From NCBI GenBank assembly GCA_016784175.1, contig JADHVC010000001.1, forward strand, positions 5,567-69,566: a DNA stretch of 64,000 nucleotides, read 5' to 3'. Shown one piece after another: positions 52,676-63,136 of the stretch. Source of the DNA: Patescibacteria group bacterium (GTDB lineage: Bacteria > Patescibacteriota > Patescibacteriia > Patescibacteriales > BS150m-G62). Below the pieces are notes generated by a model that worked only from the letters and a program-made list of their open reading frames with translations, had not been told where the DNA came from and made no database searches. Made by a program: the position numbers and the translations under genes. Position 1 is the stretch's first letter. Each line of letters opens with the position of its first letter.

Positions 52676-53290
52676 AATTTAAATTTCAAAAAAATACATT
52701 ATCTTTTTGAAATATTAAAAATTTTTTGTAAAAAGTTTTAAACATAAAGAACATACATTTTTTGAAAATTTTATGGCAGTAGAGCTTCGCTCGCTATAAA
52801 ATTTCAAAAAATACCTTATGTTTTTGAAATATTAAGAACTTTTTTGTAAAAAGTTTTAAGCTAAAATATTAAGAACTTTTTTGTAAAAAGTTTTAAGCTA
52901 AAATATTAAGAACTTTTTTGTAAAAAGTTTTAAATCAGTGCTCGTAGCTCAGCTGGATAGAGTGCTTGGCTTCGGACCAAGAGGTCGCAGGTTCGAATCC
53001 TGCCGGGCACACAACATTTGAAATATTAAGAACTTTTTTGTAAAAAGTTTTAAACCTAAAAAGCATACTTTTTTTTAAGTTTTATGGCGGTAGAGCTTCG
53101 CTCGCTATAAAATTTCAAAAAATACATTATGTTTTTGAAATATTAAGAACTTTTTTGTAAAAAGTTTTAAACCTAAAAAGCATACATTTTTTTAAGTTTT
53201 ATGGCGGTAGAGCTTCGCTCGCTATAAAATTTCAAAAAATACCTTATATTTTTGAAATATTAAGAACTTTTTTGTAAAAAGTTTTAAAAT
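52676..53290 (+). repeat. array of tandem AT-rich repeats (about 118-bp long units and 37-bp short units) carrying promoter-like modules TTGAAA-N17-TAAAAA around the tRNA genes
   Basis: The module ttgaaatattaagaacttttttgtaaaaagtttta(a/g) occurs at least 7 times, in intact or degenerate form. The long unit (..aacctaaaaagcatacatttttttaagttttatggcggtagagcttcgctcgctataaaatttcaaaaaatac..) recurs 3 times. Confidence 0.7.
52938..53011 (+). tRNA. tRNA-Arg (anticodon TCG)
   Basis: Folded manually into a 74-nt cloverleaf. 7-bp acceptor stem, anticodon loop cuTCGga, T-loop TTCGAAT. No encoded CCA. Confidence 0.8.
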
Positions 53291-53364
53291 GGCGGCGTAG
53301 CTCAGCTGGTTAGAGCGAAGGAATCATAACCCTTAGGTCAGAGGTTCGAGTCCCCTCGCCGCTA
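53291..53364 (+). tRNA. tRNA with CAT anticodon (Met; initiator, elongator or Ile-lysidine not resolved)
   Basis: 74-nt cloverleaf with acceptor GGCGGCG/CGCCGCU, anticodon loop auCATaa, T-loop TTCGAGT. One mismatch in each of the anticodon and T stems. Confidence 0.7.
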
Positions 53365-53494
53365 CATTAAAATATAAGTCCTCTTTTTGGTAAATAAAGT
53401 TTTCAATGATGTACAGCCCGATCGTTATGCTCGTTTAGTATAGGATCATCATTAAAACAAAACCAAAAAGAGTTCTTTTAAATTTTATAGCATT

Positions 53495-53570
53495 GCCCTT
53501 ATAGCTCAGTTGGTAGAGCAGACGCCTCTTAAGCGTAAGGTCGCAGGTTCGAGTCCTGCTGGGGGCACCA
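53495..53570 (+). tRNA. tRNA-Lys (anticodon CTT), CCA encoded
   Basis: Cloverleaf with anticodon loop cuCTTaa, T-loop TTCGAGT and a 3' ACCA. Confidence 0.8.
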
Positions 53571-53648
53571 AAGAAAAAAAACACCCTTTCATTGAACTGT
53601 ACCCCGTTTAGTAGACACGGGTAAAAAACAACTAAGTAATTTGTAAAA

Positions 53649-53689
53649 GATGATTTCGATATTGCACCGAAGTCATCTTTTTTAAATCC
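53649..53689 (+). terminator. intrinsic terminator downstream of the tRNA cluster
   Basis: agatgatttcg-atattgcac-cgaagtcatct hairpin followed by tttttt. Confidence 0.5.
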
Positions 53690-53758
53690 CATTGATAACG
53701 TGCATTATTATAATACTCTATGTATTCCTGAACCATCAAATTAAGCTCATTAAAGGTT

Positions 53759-54166
53759 TTGCATTCTTTGAAAGAAATGAATTATTATCAGCAGAACGAA
53801 TTTGCTAAAGCAGCGGAGGCATATAGACAAGCGCTGGTAATTAAACTTAATGATATTGATATTAATTTTACTCTAGTTGGGGCAGAGTCGGGTGCTAAGC
53901 AGTATCAAGCAGAAAGCAGAACGTTGGACAAGATTTGGCAGATTCAAACCATGGGAATCAAGATGGCGCCATACTATTATTATCGAGCCGAGATATTAGT
54001 CGCGGGAGAGAAATACAATGATGCGCGGGAACAGATTGATAATGCTATAGTGGCCGATAGTAGCCATTCGAAGTATTATCGTTTAAAAATAGACATCCTA
54101 ACTAAGCTAGGTAGATTAAGGGAGGTGAATGCGGTAAAGAAAGAATTAGCAGAGCTGGAGAAGTAG
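53759..54166 (+). CDS. hypothetical TPR-like protein
   Basis: 135-aa ORF, helical-repeat-like (AEAYRQAL.., YYYRAEILVAGEKYNDAREQIDNAI). Higher GC than the core. Confidence 0.3.
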   Translation: MHSLKEMNYYQQNEFAKAAEAYRQALVIKLNDIDINFTLVGAESGAKQYQAESRTLDKIWQIQTMGIKMAPYYYYRAEILVAGEKYNDAREQIDNAIVADSSHSKYYRLKIDILTKLGRLREVNAVKKELAELEK

Positions 54167-54401
54167 GGATTGTCGGTATATTGCCACCACCTTTAAAGCA
54201 TGGCAAGAACTACGTAAATATGGCTATTATAACCTATAGGACGATTCAAAAAGATTGAGGCGATGGATTTTACGGTTAAAGATTTTTCGATGCTCATGGG
54301 GGGCTAGGCGGGCTAGTTTTTGGTAGTATTGAGCGAGAAACTGGTGTAACTTTATAGTATTAATGAAGACTGATTAATTTACATTAATGGTAGTTTAATC
54401 G

Positions 54402-56011
54402 TTGCTTATTGTTTTAAAGGGTGGTAACTTTATATTAAAGTTAAAAAATTATGATTCTATGACTAAAGTAAAAGAGAAAAAACAATCCACCTCTGCCAAT
54501 ATCGGTTTTGAAGAAAAGCTTTGGGCAACTGCTGATAAAATGCGTAATAATATGGATCCGGCTGAATATAAGCATGTTATTCTAGGTCTCATTTTTTTAA
54601 AGTATATTTCCGATTCATTTGAAGAGTTGCATGTTAAATTAAAAAATGATTCGGAAGGACTGGACGATCCGGAAGATAAAGATGAATATAAAGCTGAAAA
54701 TGTTTTTTGGGTGCCAAAAGAAGCTCGTTGGTCATATATTACAATTAACGCTAAAAAACCGGAGATTGGAAAGTTAATTGATGATGCCATGGTTTTAATC
54801 GAAAAAGAGAACCCTAATTTAAAAGGTGTGTTACCTAAAATTTATGCTCGTCATGATTTAGACAAAGTTAAACTTGGAGAAATAATCGACACAATTGGCA
54901 CTATCGGCATGGGAGATAAAGAAAGTAAGTCAAAAGATATGCTTGGTCGTATTTATGAATATTTTATCGGTCGATTTGCTGGAGCAGAAGGCAAAGGCGG
55001 AGGAGAGTTTTTACGCCACAATCAGTAGTTAAATTATTAGTCAGCATGCTTGAGCCATATAAAGGTAGAATTTATGATCCTTGTTGTGGTAGCGGAGGCA
55101 TGTTTGTGCAAAGTGAAAAGTTTATTGAAAGCCACGGTGGTAACAAAGACGATATCGCTGTTTATGGTCAGGAGTCAAATCCAACCACTTGGAGATTGTG
55201 CAAAATGAATTTAGCTATTCGCGGTATTGCTGGGAACATTGGATCAATTCATGCCGATAGTTTTCGTAATGATTTACATAAAGATTTGAAAGCAGATTTT
55301 ATCCTTGCTAATCCACCATTTAACATAAGTGATTGGGGCGGAGAACAGCTTAAAGATGATGTGCGTTGGAAATATGGCATGCCACCAACCGGCAATGCTA
55401 ACTATGCTTGGATAGAGCATATGATCCATCACCTTTCACCAACAGGAATCGCTGGTTTTGTTTTGGCTAATGGCTCTCTTGCGTCTAATACTTCAGGCGA
55501 AGGAGAGATTAGAAAAAAACTTATTCAAAATGGTTTAGTGGACTGCATTGTCGCTATGCCACCACAACTTTTTTATACTACTCAAATTCCGGCTTGCCTT
55601 TGGCTTGTTTCTCGTGATCGCTATGATCATAAACTTCGCGATCGACATAAAGAAATATTGTTTATAGATGCTCGTAAAATGGGTACTATGGTAACTAGAA
55701 AGAATCGCGAATTAACCGATGAAGATATCGCTAAAATTTCTAGTACTTATCATAGCTGGCGTAGCATTAACGGTAAATATGAAGATGTAAAAGGATTCTC
55801 TAAGGCGGCGAACATGGAAGAAGTAGAAAAGAATGGCTTTGTTTTGACTCCAGGTCGTTATGTTGGATCGGATTATGTAGAAGAAGATGACGAAGTGTTT
55901 GAAGAAAAAATGAAAAGATTGACCGGTGAATTGTCAGGACAGTTTAAGCAATCAAAGGAGTTGGAGGAGAGGATAAAGAAAAATTTAGAAAGCATTGGTT
56001 TTAAGATATAA
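54402..56011 (+). pseudogene. hsdM: type I restriction-modification methyltransferase subunit HsdM, disrupted by a frameshift in a T5 run (annotated as two ORFs, 54402-55028 and 55046-56011)
   Basis: An HsdM N-terminal domain (..LWATADKMRNNMDPAEYKHVILGLIFLKYISD) is followed by ..GGGEF. The correct continuation [31 protein letters not shown]...NPPFN is in the -1 frame from the T-run at 55008-55012. One extra T would restore EFFTPQS. Confidence 0.7.
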
Positions 56012-56014
56012 AAT

Positions 56015-56665
56015 ATGTGGTATCTATATTTAGATGAAAGTGGAGATCTGGGTTTCGATTTTGTCAATAAAAAGCCGTCAAAATTTTTTACGGTTACTAT
56101 TTTAGCGTTAAGTTGTCACGATGCTAATCGCCAGTTGATTAAAGCAGTCAAAACCACAATTCGTCATAAGTTAAACAAATCAAAGAATCAAAAAAGAGTA
56201 GCGAAAGAACTAAAAGGTACTGGCACAACACTGGACGTCAAGAAGTATTTTTTTGAAAAGGCTAAGAATGTTAAATTTGGAGTTTACTCTATTACGCTAA
56301 ACAAGAAACGTGTTTTTGAAAAGTTATCTAAAGACAAGTCAAGAGTTTACAACTATATTGCCAGACAAGTACTTGATCAAATTCCTTTTGAAAAAAATAA
56401 TAGTGATCGTGTTGAATTGATTTTAGATAAATCTATGGCCAAACCGGAAATAAAAGAATTTAATGCTTATATAAGACGCCAACTTGAAGGTCGCTTGTCT
56501 CCGAATGTGCCGCTTGATATTTATCATTGGTTATCACATGAGAATTATGGCCTACAGGCAGCGGATTTGTTTTGCTGGGGAATATTCCAAAAATATGAAC
56601 GACAGAATAAGGACTGGTTTAATGTTTTTGCAGATAAGATATTGTTTGATGAACAATTTTTATAA
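56015..56665 (+). CDS. DUF3800 family protein embedded between hsdM and hsdS
   Basis: N-terminus MWYLYLDESGDLGF is the hallmark YxDESG motif of DUF3800. It starts 4 nt after the hsdM stop. Confidence 0.6.
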   Translation: MWYLYLDESGDLGFDFVNKKPSKFFTVTILALSCHDANRQLIKAVKTTIRHKLNKSKNQKRVAKELKGTGTTLDVKKYFFEKAKNVKFGVYSITLNKKRVFEKLSKDKSRVYNYIARQVLDQIPFEKNNSDRVELILDKSMAKPEIKEFNAYIRRQLEGRLSPNVPLDIYHWLSHENYGLQAADLFCWGIFQKYERQNKDWFNVFADKILFDEQFL

Positions 56666-56843
56666 ACAAAAAACCCCTTACGGGGAAGCAACTTTATAGG
56701 TTTGTTGTGTCCAGACTATAGCCAACCGATGGATGGGAATATCTAGAACAACCTATAAAAGATTTACGCTTATTTATAATATAGCATAAAATGATATAAA
56801 AAATCAATAGTTATCCACAGATGGAGAGTAAAAATACAAAAAT

Positions 56844-58085
56844 ATGGCTAATAACCAAACAAAATTTAAAGAAACAGAAATAGGAACCATCCCAGAGGAA
56901 TGGGATGTTTTTGATATTCAAACTGTTTCTGATGTTGTCGGTGGTGGTACTCCATCAACAACAAATAATAATAATTTTAACGGTGAGATTCCGTGGATAA
57001 CACCGAGAGACCTGTCTTCATATCAGGATCGGTTTATTTCCCGTGGTGAGAGATGTATTTCAGAGGAAGGACTTAACTCAAGCAACGCTAAATTATTACC
57101 GGTCAATACAGTTTTATTGACGACAAGAGCCCCTGTTGGGTATCTTGCTATCGCAAAAAATGAAGTTACTACCAATCAGGGATTCCACAGTCTAATTCCA
57201 AACAATAAGACAAATAGTCTTTTTCTTTTTTACCTTTTGAAAAATAATGTTGAAAAACTTATCAGCAATGCTTCTGGTAGTACTTTTCAAGAACTTAATG
57301 GCAAAACACTAAAGTCATTAGAGTTTGCTTTTCCAAGAATTAGCGAGCAAGAACAAATCGCCGAAATCCTTTCCTCTCTTGATGATAAAATAGAACTTAA
57401 TCGTAAAATAAATGCTAACTTAGAAAAGATAGCGAGTGCTTTGTTTAAGAGGTGGTTTGTTGATATTGGCGATGAATTGCCGGAGAGGTGGAAAATGGGA
57501 ACGATTGGAGATTTTGGAAAAGTTAAATCAGGTTTCGCATTTAAGGGAGAATGCTTTAATGATCAAGAGGGAGTGCCGGTTATTAAAATTAAAAATATTA
57601 TTGAGCCAAATGTTGATTTAAATAATGTTGATTATGTTTCTGATGAATTAGTGAACAAAAAAGCAAAAGAGTTCATTCTGGAAGCAGGAGATATTTTAAT
57701 CGCTATGTCCGGCAATACTACCGGCAAGATTGGTATTATGCCTAAGACAAAAAATGATTATGTTTTAAATCAGCGGGTCGGCAAATATTTTTTAAAAGAT
57801 AAAAATAATTTAGGCTATGTATATTTCTATTTAAGAAGCGGCGACATTCAAGAAAATATAATTCAGGCCGCATATGGCAGCGCGCAACCAAATATTAGTC
57901 CAAGTATTCTAGAAAATATAAAAATTATTATTCCCGATAATGCAGCATTAAACACTTTTAATAACGTGGCAAATAATGCTATAGAAATAATTGTAAGGAA
58001 CAATTTTGAAATTAATGTTTTAACAGAACTAAGAGATTCTATTTTGCCTCGATTAATGAGTGGAAAAATAAGAGTAAAAATATGA
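56844..58085 (+). CDS. hsdS: type I restriction-modification specificity subunit HsdS
   Basis: Two target-recognition domains separated and followed by conserved HsdS repeats (..LPEEWDV..., central ..LFKRWFVD.., C-terminal ..LRDSILPRLMSGKI). Confidence 0.85.
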   Translation: MANNQTKFKETEIGTIPEEWDVFDIQTVSDVVGGGTPSTTNNNNFNGEIPWITPRDLSSYQDRFISRGERCISEEGLNSSNAKLLPVNTVLLTTRAPVGYLAIAKNEVTTNQGFHSLIPNNKTNSLFLFYLLKNNVEKLISNASGSTFQELNGKTLKSLEFAFPRISEQEQIAEILSSLDDKIELNRKINANLEKIASALFKRWFVDIGDELPERWKMGTIGDFGKVKSGFAFKGECFNDQEGVPVIKIKNIIEPNVDLNNVDYVSDELVNKKAKEFILEAGDILIAMSGNTTGKIGIMPKTKNDYVLNQRVGKYFLKDKNNLGYVYFYLRSGDIQENIIQAAYGSAQPNISPSILENIKIIIPDNAALNTFNNVANNAIEIIVRNNFEINVLTELRDSILPRLMSGKIRVKI

Positions 58086-58920
58086 ACAATCCAATAAAAC
58101 AACACACGGTGCCTAATTTTTATTTAAAAAACTTTGCAGATAAAAATTTATGTGTTTGGGTATGTGATAAAAAGAAAAAGGAACTCAGGAAGCAACCAAC
58201 CAAAGACACGGCTATAATTAATGATTATTACACATTTATAAATAGTTCGAATGAAAAAGATTATAAAGTTGAAAAGGAGTTATTTGCAAGCACGATAGAA
58301 AAAGAAATGAGTGCCATACAAAATAAAATTTTAAATAATTTGGAATATGATGATAATGATAAAAAAATAATTTGCAGATTTTTAACATTTCAATTTTCGC
58401 GAACAACAAAATTCAAGGAAGATTTTGAAAAAATTTATACAAGCATCTTAGGAGAAACTTTAAATAATAAATTTTGTAATGAAAAAATAAAAAGAATTGC
58501 GTGAGTCCGCATAAAAAATTGCATCTAAGAGCAATGGCTAAATTTTATGAAAAATTTTATAATGCTTTTTTGAAATTAAACTTTTTATTTTTAATAACTA
58601 GTGGAAAGGGCGTTGATCAATTTATTACATCTGATAATCCAGTTATTTTATTTGGCTTTGAAAAGTTAAATGGAAAATTTTATAATTTTAAGACTATTTA
58701 TTTCCCTTTTTCGCCTTCAATAGCATTGTTACTAAATGATAAATGCTTAGGAATAAAAAATATTAATAAACAAAAAACCGAATTATTTAATAGCACAACA
58801 ATAAAACAATCTGATCAGTATTTAATATCTAATAGTCGGAAACTATTATTAAATATAAAGTTAATTACAAAAAGTTACGATCAGGAAAAAATTAAAAAAA
58901 TGATAAGTGAAATTTTATGA
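58082..58920 (+). CDS. DUF4238-like protein, present as two overlapping ORFs (58082-58504 and 58501-58920) embedded between hsdS and hsdR
   Basis: ORF1 begins ..[11 protein letters not shown], the N-terminal DUF4238 signature. ORF2 contains ITSDNPVIL, the central DUF4238 motif. The ORFs overlap by GTGA. The start overlaps the hsdS stop (ATGA) and the end overlaps the hsdR start (ATGA). Confidence 0.5.
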
Positions 58921-61900
58921 CCCACAACTACTACGAATCCGATCTTGAACAAGCTACATTGGAATGGCTGGAAGAGATTGGATATAAAACAATTTATGGA
59001 CCATCCATTGATCCGGAGGCAGAAGATGGAAAGGCAGAAAGAAAAAACTATTCCGAGGTTATTTTAGTTGACCGCTTGAAGTTTGCGATAGAAAGAATTA
59101 ATCCGAATATACCGATAGAGGCACAGCAAGATGCAGTTGATAAAGTTTTAGGCTTGCCTTGGTTAAAGCCGAATTTGGTAGAAAATAATTACGCAATGCA
59201 CAAAATGCTGACCGATGGCGTTGATATTACATATAAAGATAAGGATGGCTTAATGCGTGGCGATAAAGTTTATCTAGTGGACAAAAATAATTTAGATAAT
59301 AATGATTGGTTGGCGGTTAATCAATTTACAGTCAAAGAGGATAATAAAACTCGCAGACCGGATGTTGTTATTTTTATTAATGGCTTGCCACTTGCCATCA
59401 TTGAACTTAAAAATCCGGCAGATGAAAATGCAACCATTATCCAAGCCTATAATCAAATTCAGACTTACAAACAAGATATTCAAACATTTTTTACATATAA
59501 CAGTTTAGTTGTAGTTAGTGATGGCGTTAATACACGCATTGGATCTTTAACTGCCAACGAAGAACGCTTTATGAAATGGCGGACGATTGACGGCTCTGAC
59601 TTAGCTCCTGCCTCTATTCCTGAAATGGAAGTTTTAATTAAAGGCGTATTTGATAAAAAAAGAATTTTAGATATTCTTTTAAATTTTATTATCTTTAATA
59701 CTGACGGAGAAAATACTATTAAAATTTTAGCCGCTTATCACCAATACCACGCTGTAAACAAAGCTGTTATTCAAACAATAGAAGCTACCAAAGAAGATGG
59801 CGACCGGCGTTGCGGAGTGGTTTGGCATACCCAAGGCAGTGGGAAGTCTTTAACTATGGTATTTTATGCCGGTAAGCTCATACAAGTTTTAGATAACCCA
59901 ACTATTGTAGTTTTAACCGATAGAAATGATCTAGATGAGCAATTATCTACTACTTTTTCTTTATGCCAAGATTTAATCAGACAAACTCCGGTTCAAGCAG
60001 AAAGCAGAATGAATTTAAAAGAACTGTTGAAAGTAGCTTCCGGCGGAGTTGTCTTTACTACTATTCAAAAATTTTCTGAAGGTGACGAAATGTTGTCTAA
60101 TAGAAAAAATATAGTAGTTTGTGTAGATGAAGCACATCGATCACAATATGATTTTATGGATGGCTTTGCTCGTCATATGCGTGAAGCCTTGCCCAACGCC
60201 TCGTTTATCGGATTTACCGGCACGCCAATTGAATTAACCGATGCAAACACCAGGGCGGTATTTGGAGAATATATCGATGTTTATGATATTGCTCAAGCAG
60301 TAGAAGATAAAGCGACAGTTCCAATTTATTACGAAGCACGTTTAGCTAAAATTCAATTATTGGAATCAGAAAGACCAAAGATTGATCCAAAGTTTGAAGA
60401 ACTAACAGAGGGAGAAGAAGCGGATAAAAAAGAAAAGTTAAAAAGCAAATGGGCCAAGCTTGAAGCGATGGTTGGTTCAGAAAAAAGAATTGGCCTTATC
60501 GCTCAAGATATTGTAAGCCATTTTAAGCAAAGGTCAGATGTGATTAATGGTAAGGGCATGATTGTAACCATGAGTCGTCGTATTGCAGTTGAACTATACG
60601 ATGAGATTATAAAATTGAGACCGCATTGGCATAGTGATAATGACGAGAAAGGATTTTTAAAGGTAGTAATTACAGGATCGGCAACTGACCCGCTTAATTT
60701 TCAAAAACATATTAGAAGTAAACAAGCGAGAAAAGATTTAGCTAAGCACATGAAAAAACCCAGTAGCGATTTAAAACTGGTGATTGTGCGTGATATGTGG
60801 CTAACTGGTTTTGATGTACCTAGTTTGCATACAATGTATTTAGATAAACCAATGCAAGGTCATGGTTTGATGCAAGCGATTGCCAGAGTGAATAGAATTT
60901 ATAAAGATAAACAAGGTGGTTTAGTGGTTGATTATCTTGGAATTGCCCCAATGTTAAAAGAAGCTCTAGCCTATTACACTAATAGCGGTCGCAACAAACC
61001 AACTATTCCACAAGAGGAGGCAGTATCGGTTATGTTAGAAAAGTACGAAGTTGTTAAGGGTATGTATCATAATTTTGATTATTCAGATTTTTTTAGCAAT
61101 AAAGCCTCAAAAAGAACCAGAGTAATCGCTAGTAGTATTGATTTTATTCTTGGTCTCACAAATGGCAAGAAAAGATACGTTCAAGTTGTTACCGAGCTGT
61201 CCTATGCTTTTTCTTTGTCTGTTCCAAATGAAGAGGCTATTAAAATTAGAGATGAGGTGGCGTTTTTTCAAGTTATTAAAGGAGCAATTGTTAAAATGGA
61301 AGATTTTGAAAAACAAAACAAGAAAGATATCGGCATTCAAGATAGCTATGATCAAGCGATAAAACAAATTATTTCTCATGCTATTACTTCAGATGAGGTG
61401 GTTAATGTTTTTACTGCCGCTGGCTTAAAAAATCCAAATGTTTCTGTTTTATCAGATGAATTTTTAGAGGAAGTAAAGAATCTGAAATATAAGAATTTGG
61501 CCTTAGAAATATTGAAGAAATTATTGAACAATGAGATTAAAACTATGACAAAAAAGAATCTGATTAAATCCAGGTCATTTGCTAAATTACTTCAAGATAT
61601 CATCCGTAAATATCAGAATCAAACGATTGATGCGGCTCAAGTTATTTATGAATTAGTAGAACTGGCTAAGAAGATTAAGAATGAAGAGACTCAAGGAGAG
61701 TCTTTAGGTTTATCAGTTGAAGAAGTGGCTTTCTATGATGCTTTAATTGAAAATGAAAGTGCTGTATTAGAATTGGGAGACGATGTATTAAAACAAATTG
61801 CTAGAGAGCTAGTATCTATGCTGAGAAAGAACACCACCATTGACTGGACATTAAAAGAAAGTATCAGAGCAAAACTCAGACTCTATGTTAAAAAGTTATT

Positions 61901-61997
61901 AAAGAAATATAAATATCCGCCAGATAAACAAGAAAATGCCACGCGGACAGTATTGGAGCAAGCCGAAGTATTATGTAAGGATTGGAGCGGAAAATAG
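58917..61997 (+). CDS. hsdR: type I restriction enzyme endonuclease subunit HsdR
   Basis: 1026 aa. N-terminal nuclease region, SF2 helicase motifs ([24 protein letters not shown]) and a C-terminal HsdR helical domain. Confidence 0.9.
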   Translation: MTHNYYESDLEQATLEWLEEIGYKTIYGPSIDPEAEDGKAERKNYSEVILVDRLKFAIERINPNIPIEAQQDAVDKVLGLPWLKPNLVENNYAMHKMLTDGVDITYKDKDGLMRGDKVYLVDKNNLDNNDWLAVNQFTVKEDNKTRRPDVVIFINGLPLAIIELKNPADENATIIQAYNQIQTYKQDIQTFFTYNSLVVVSDGVNTRIGSLTANEERFMKWRTIDGSDLAPASIPEMEVLIKGVFDKKRILDILLNFIIFNTDGENTIKILAAYHQYHAVNKAVIQTIEATKEDGDRRCGVVWHTQGSGKSLTMVFYAGKLIQVLDNPTIVVLTDRNDLDEQLSTTFSLCQDLIRQTPVQAESRMNLKELLKVASGGVVFTTIQKFSEGDEMLSNRKNIVVCVDEAHRSQYDFMDGFARHMREALPNASFIGFTGTPIELTDANTRAVFGEYIDVYDIAQAVEDKATVPIYYEARLAKIQLLESERPKIDPKFEELTEGEEADKKEKLKSKWAKLEAMVGSEKRIGLIAQDIVSHFKQRSDVINGKGMIVTMSRRIAVELYDEIIKLRPHWHSDNDEKGFLKVVITGSATDPLNFQKHIRSKQARKDLAKHMKKPSSDLKLVIVRDMWLTGFDVPSLHTMYLDKPMQGHGLMQAIARVNRIYKDKQGGLVVDYLGIAPMLKEALAYYTNSGRNKPTIPQEEAVSVMLEKYEVVKGMYHNFDYSDFFSNKASKRTRVIASSIDFILGLTNGKKRYVQVVTELSYAFSLSVPNEEAIKIRDEVAFFQVIKGAIVKMEDFEKQNKKDIGIQDSYDQAIKQIISHAITSDEVVNVFTAAGLKNPNVSVLSDEFLEEVKNLKYKNLALEILKKLLNNEIKTMTKKNLIKSRSFAKLLQDIIRKYQNQTIDAAQVIYELVELAKKIKNEETQGESLGLSVEEVAFYDALIENESAVLELGDDVLKQIARELVSMLRKNTTIDWTLKESIRAKLRLYVKKLLKKYKYPPDKQENATRTVLEQAEVLCKDWSGK

Positions 61998-62342
61998 GAT
62001 TTAAAAATTAAAATAAATAATATGACAATCTTAGAAAATTCAATTTTTATTACCACAGAATCCTCAATTACTTTTGGAGCCACTACTATACCAACCTAAT
62101 TTAAACAATCAGATAATCTGTGCGTAAAATCAGAAAGACAATTTTCAGAAGTGTCGTAAAAATTAGTCTGAAATAATAGCTTTGGGATTGAGCATTGTAT
62201 TTTTAGATAATTTTCTTTAAATCCGCCTTTTGCGTCGGCGGTCAAATGCTAGTTTGACACAAATAGAATATTCAAAAATCATGGATCATATATTCTCAAT
62301 ATGAGCTAATAAAGCATCTAGACAACCATTAATTTAAAAAAA

Positions 62343-62384
62343 ATGCAACTTGTATTATGCAACTCGTATTATGCAACTCGTATT
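62343..62384. repeat. three tandem copies of a 14-bp unit (atgcaactYgtatt)
   Basis: atgcaacttgtatt atgcaactcgtatt atgcaactcgtatt lies in the intergenic region downstream of hsdR. Confidence 0.6.
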
Positions 62385-62571
62385 AGTCACAACATATTGG
62401 ACAATTTACATTTCTAGTCAAAATGGCTTTGGATTTTTTTGCGATTAAAACAAAAATAGAAATTTATTAACAAAGAAAAAACCGCCAGAGGTCCATTTGT
62501 AGACTTAGCGGTGTTTTGGTTAGACTCAGATTTTTAACCTATTATTTCTTGCAGTATTAATGCGAGTTGAA

Positions 62572-63081
62572 TTACTTTGGCACAGTACGCCAAACGCCAC
62601 ATGGCTTACCATTCATATACGTTTGGGTTAGATACATATTTGTGATAGTAATATGTCCGTCTTTTCGGGCTAACCCATATTTAATATTCCTGATTGTCGC
62701 GGTCATAGTGGACTCATTGCCAACTTTAGCAGAAACAAATTGAATTGATTCTCCTTTAAACACATGACGTTCTTTTTGCACATATTGCTCAAATTCAGCA
62801 CGTGACATTGGTATTATTCTTGGACATGGTCCATCGCATGTACTCCTCATCTCTTCTACTGAAAGAAAATCTAAACCTTCTTTCGGTATTGACGACATAA
62901 ACTCTGTAACCTGACCTGTTCCTTGATGTTGATACAAGGAAATTTTTTCTACAATTATTGAGCAAGCATTAATTGCCGTTTCCTCTTTAGACATTTTTTG
63001 TGGTTTGCCAATGCTTGTCGCACAGCCACAGAGCAAAATGGTAAGTAATAAGGTTAATGGTAAAAAACGTTTTTTCCACAT
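62572..63081 (-). CDS. lipoprotein of unknown function
   Basis: Signal peptide with a lipobox (LLTILLCGC|A). 169 aa. Confidence 0.5.
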   Translation of the reverse strand: MWKKRFLPLTLLLTILLCGCATSIGKPQKMSKEETAINACSIIVEKISLYQHQGTGQVTEFMSSIPKEGLDFLSVEEMRSTCDGPCPRIIPMSRAEFEQYVQKERHVFKGESIQFVSAKVGNESTMTATIRNIKYGLARKDGHITITNMYLTQTYMNGKPCGVWRTVPK

Positions 63082-63136
63082 TGCAATTCTCCCGTTAACG
63101 TCAAAGATTTTACTATTAAAGTCTTTGTTATTAGTT

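Noticed and set aside
52676-53290. Possible CRISPR array (regular AT-rich direct repeats)
   Set aside because: The repeat units are 37 or about 118 bp, contain promoter-like hexamers, are interleaved with tRNA genes, and the 'spacers' are themselves repeated. No cas genes are present, so it is not CRISPR.
53435-53692. 85-aa minus-strand ORF overlapping the tRNA-Lys region (..GAPSRTRTCDLTLKRRLLYQLSY..)
   Set aside because: This is the classic antisense translation of a tRNA gene, so it is not a real CDS.
53590-62100. Classical integrase-mediated genomic island at the tRNA-Lys 3' end
   Set aside because: No integrase gene and no direct repeat of the tRNA 3' end were found in the window. Horizontal origin is supported only by GC shift and gene content, so it is reported as an inference, not as a mobile_element feature.
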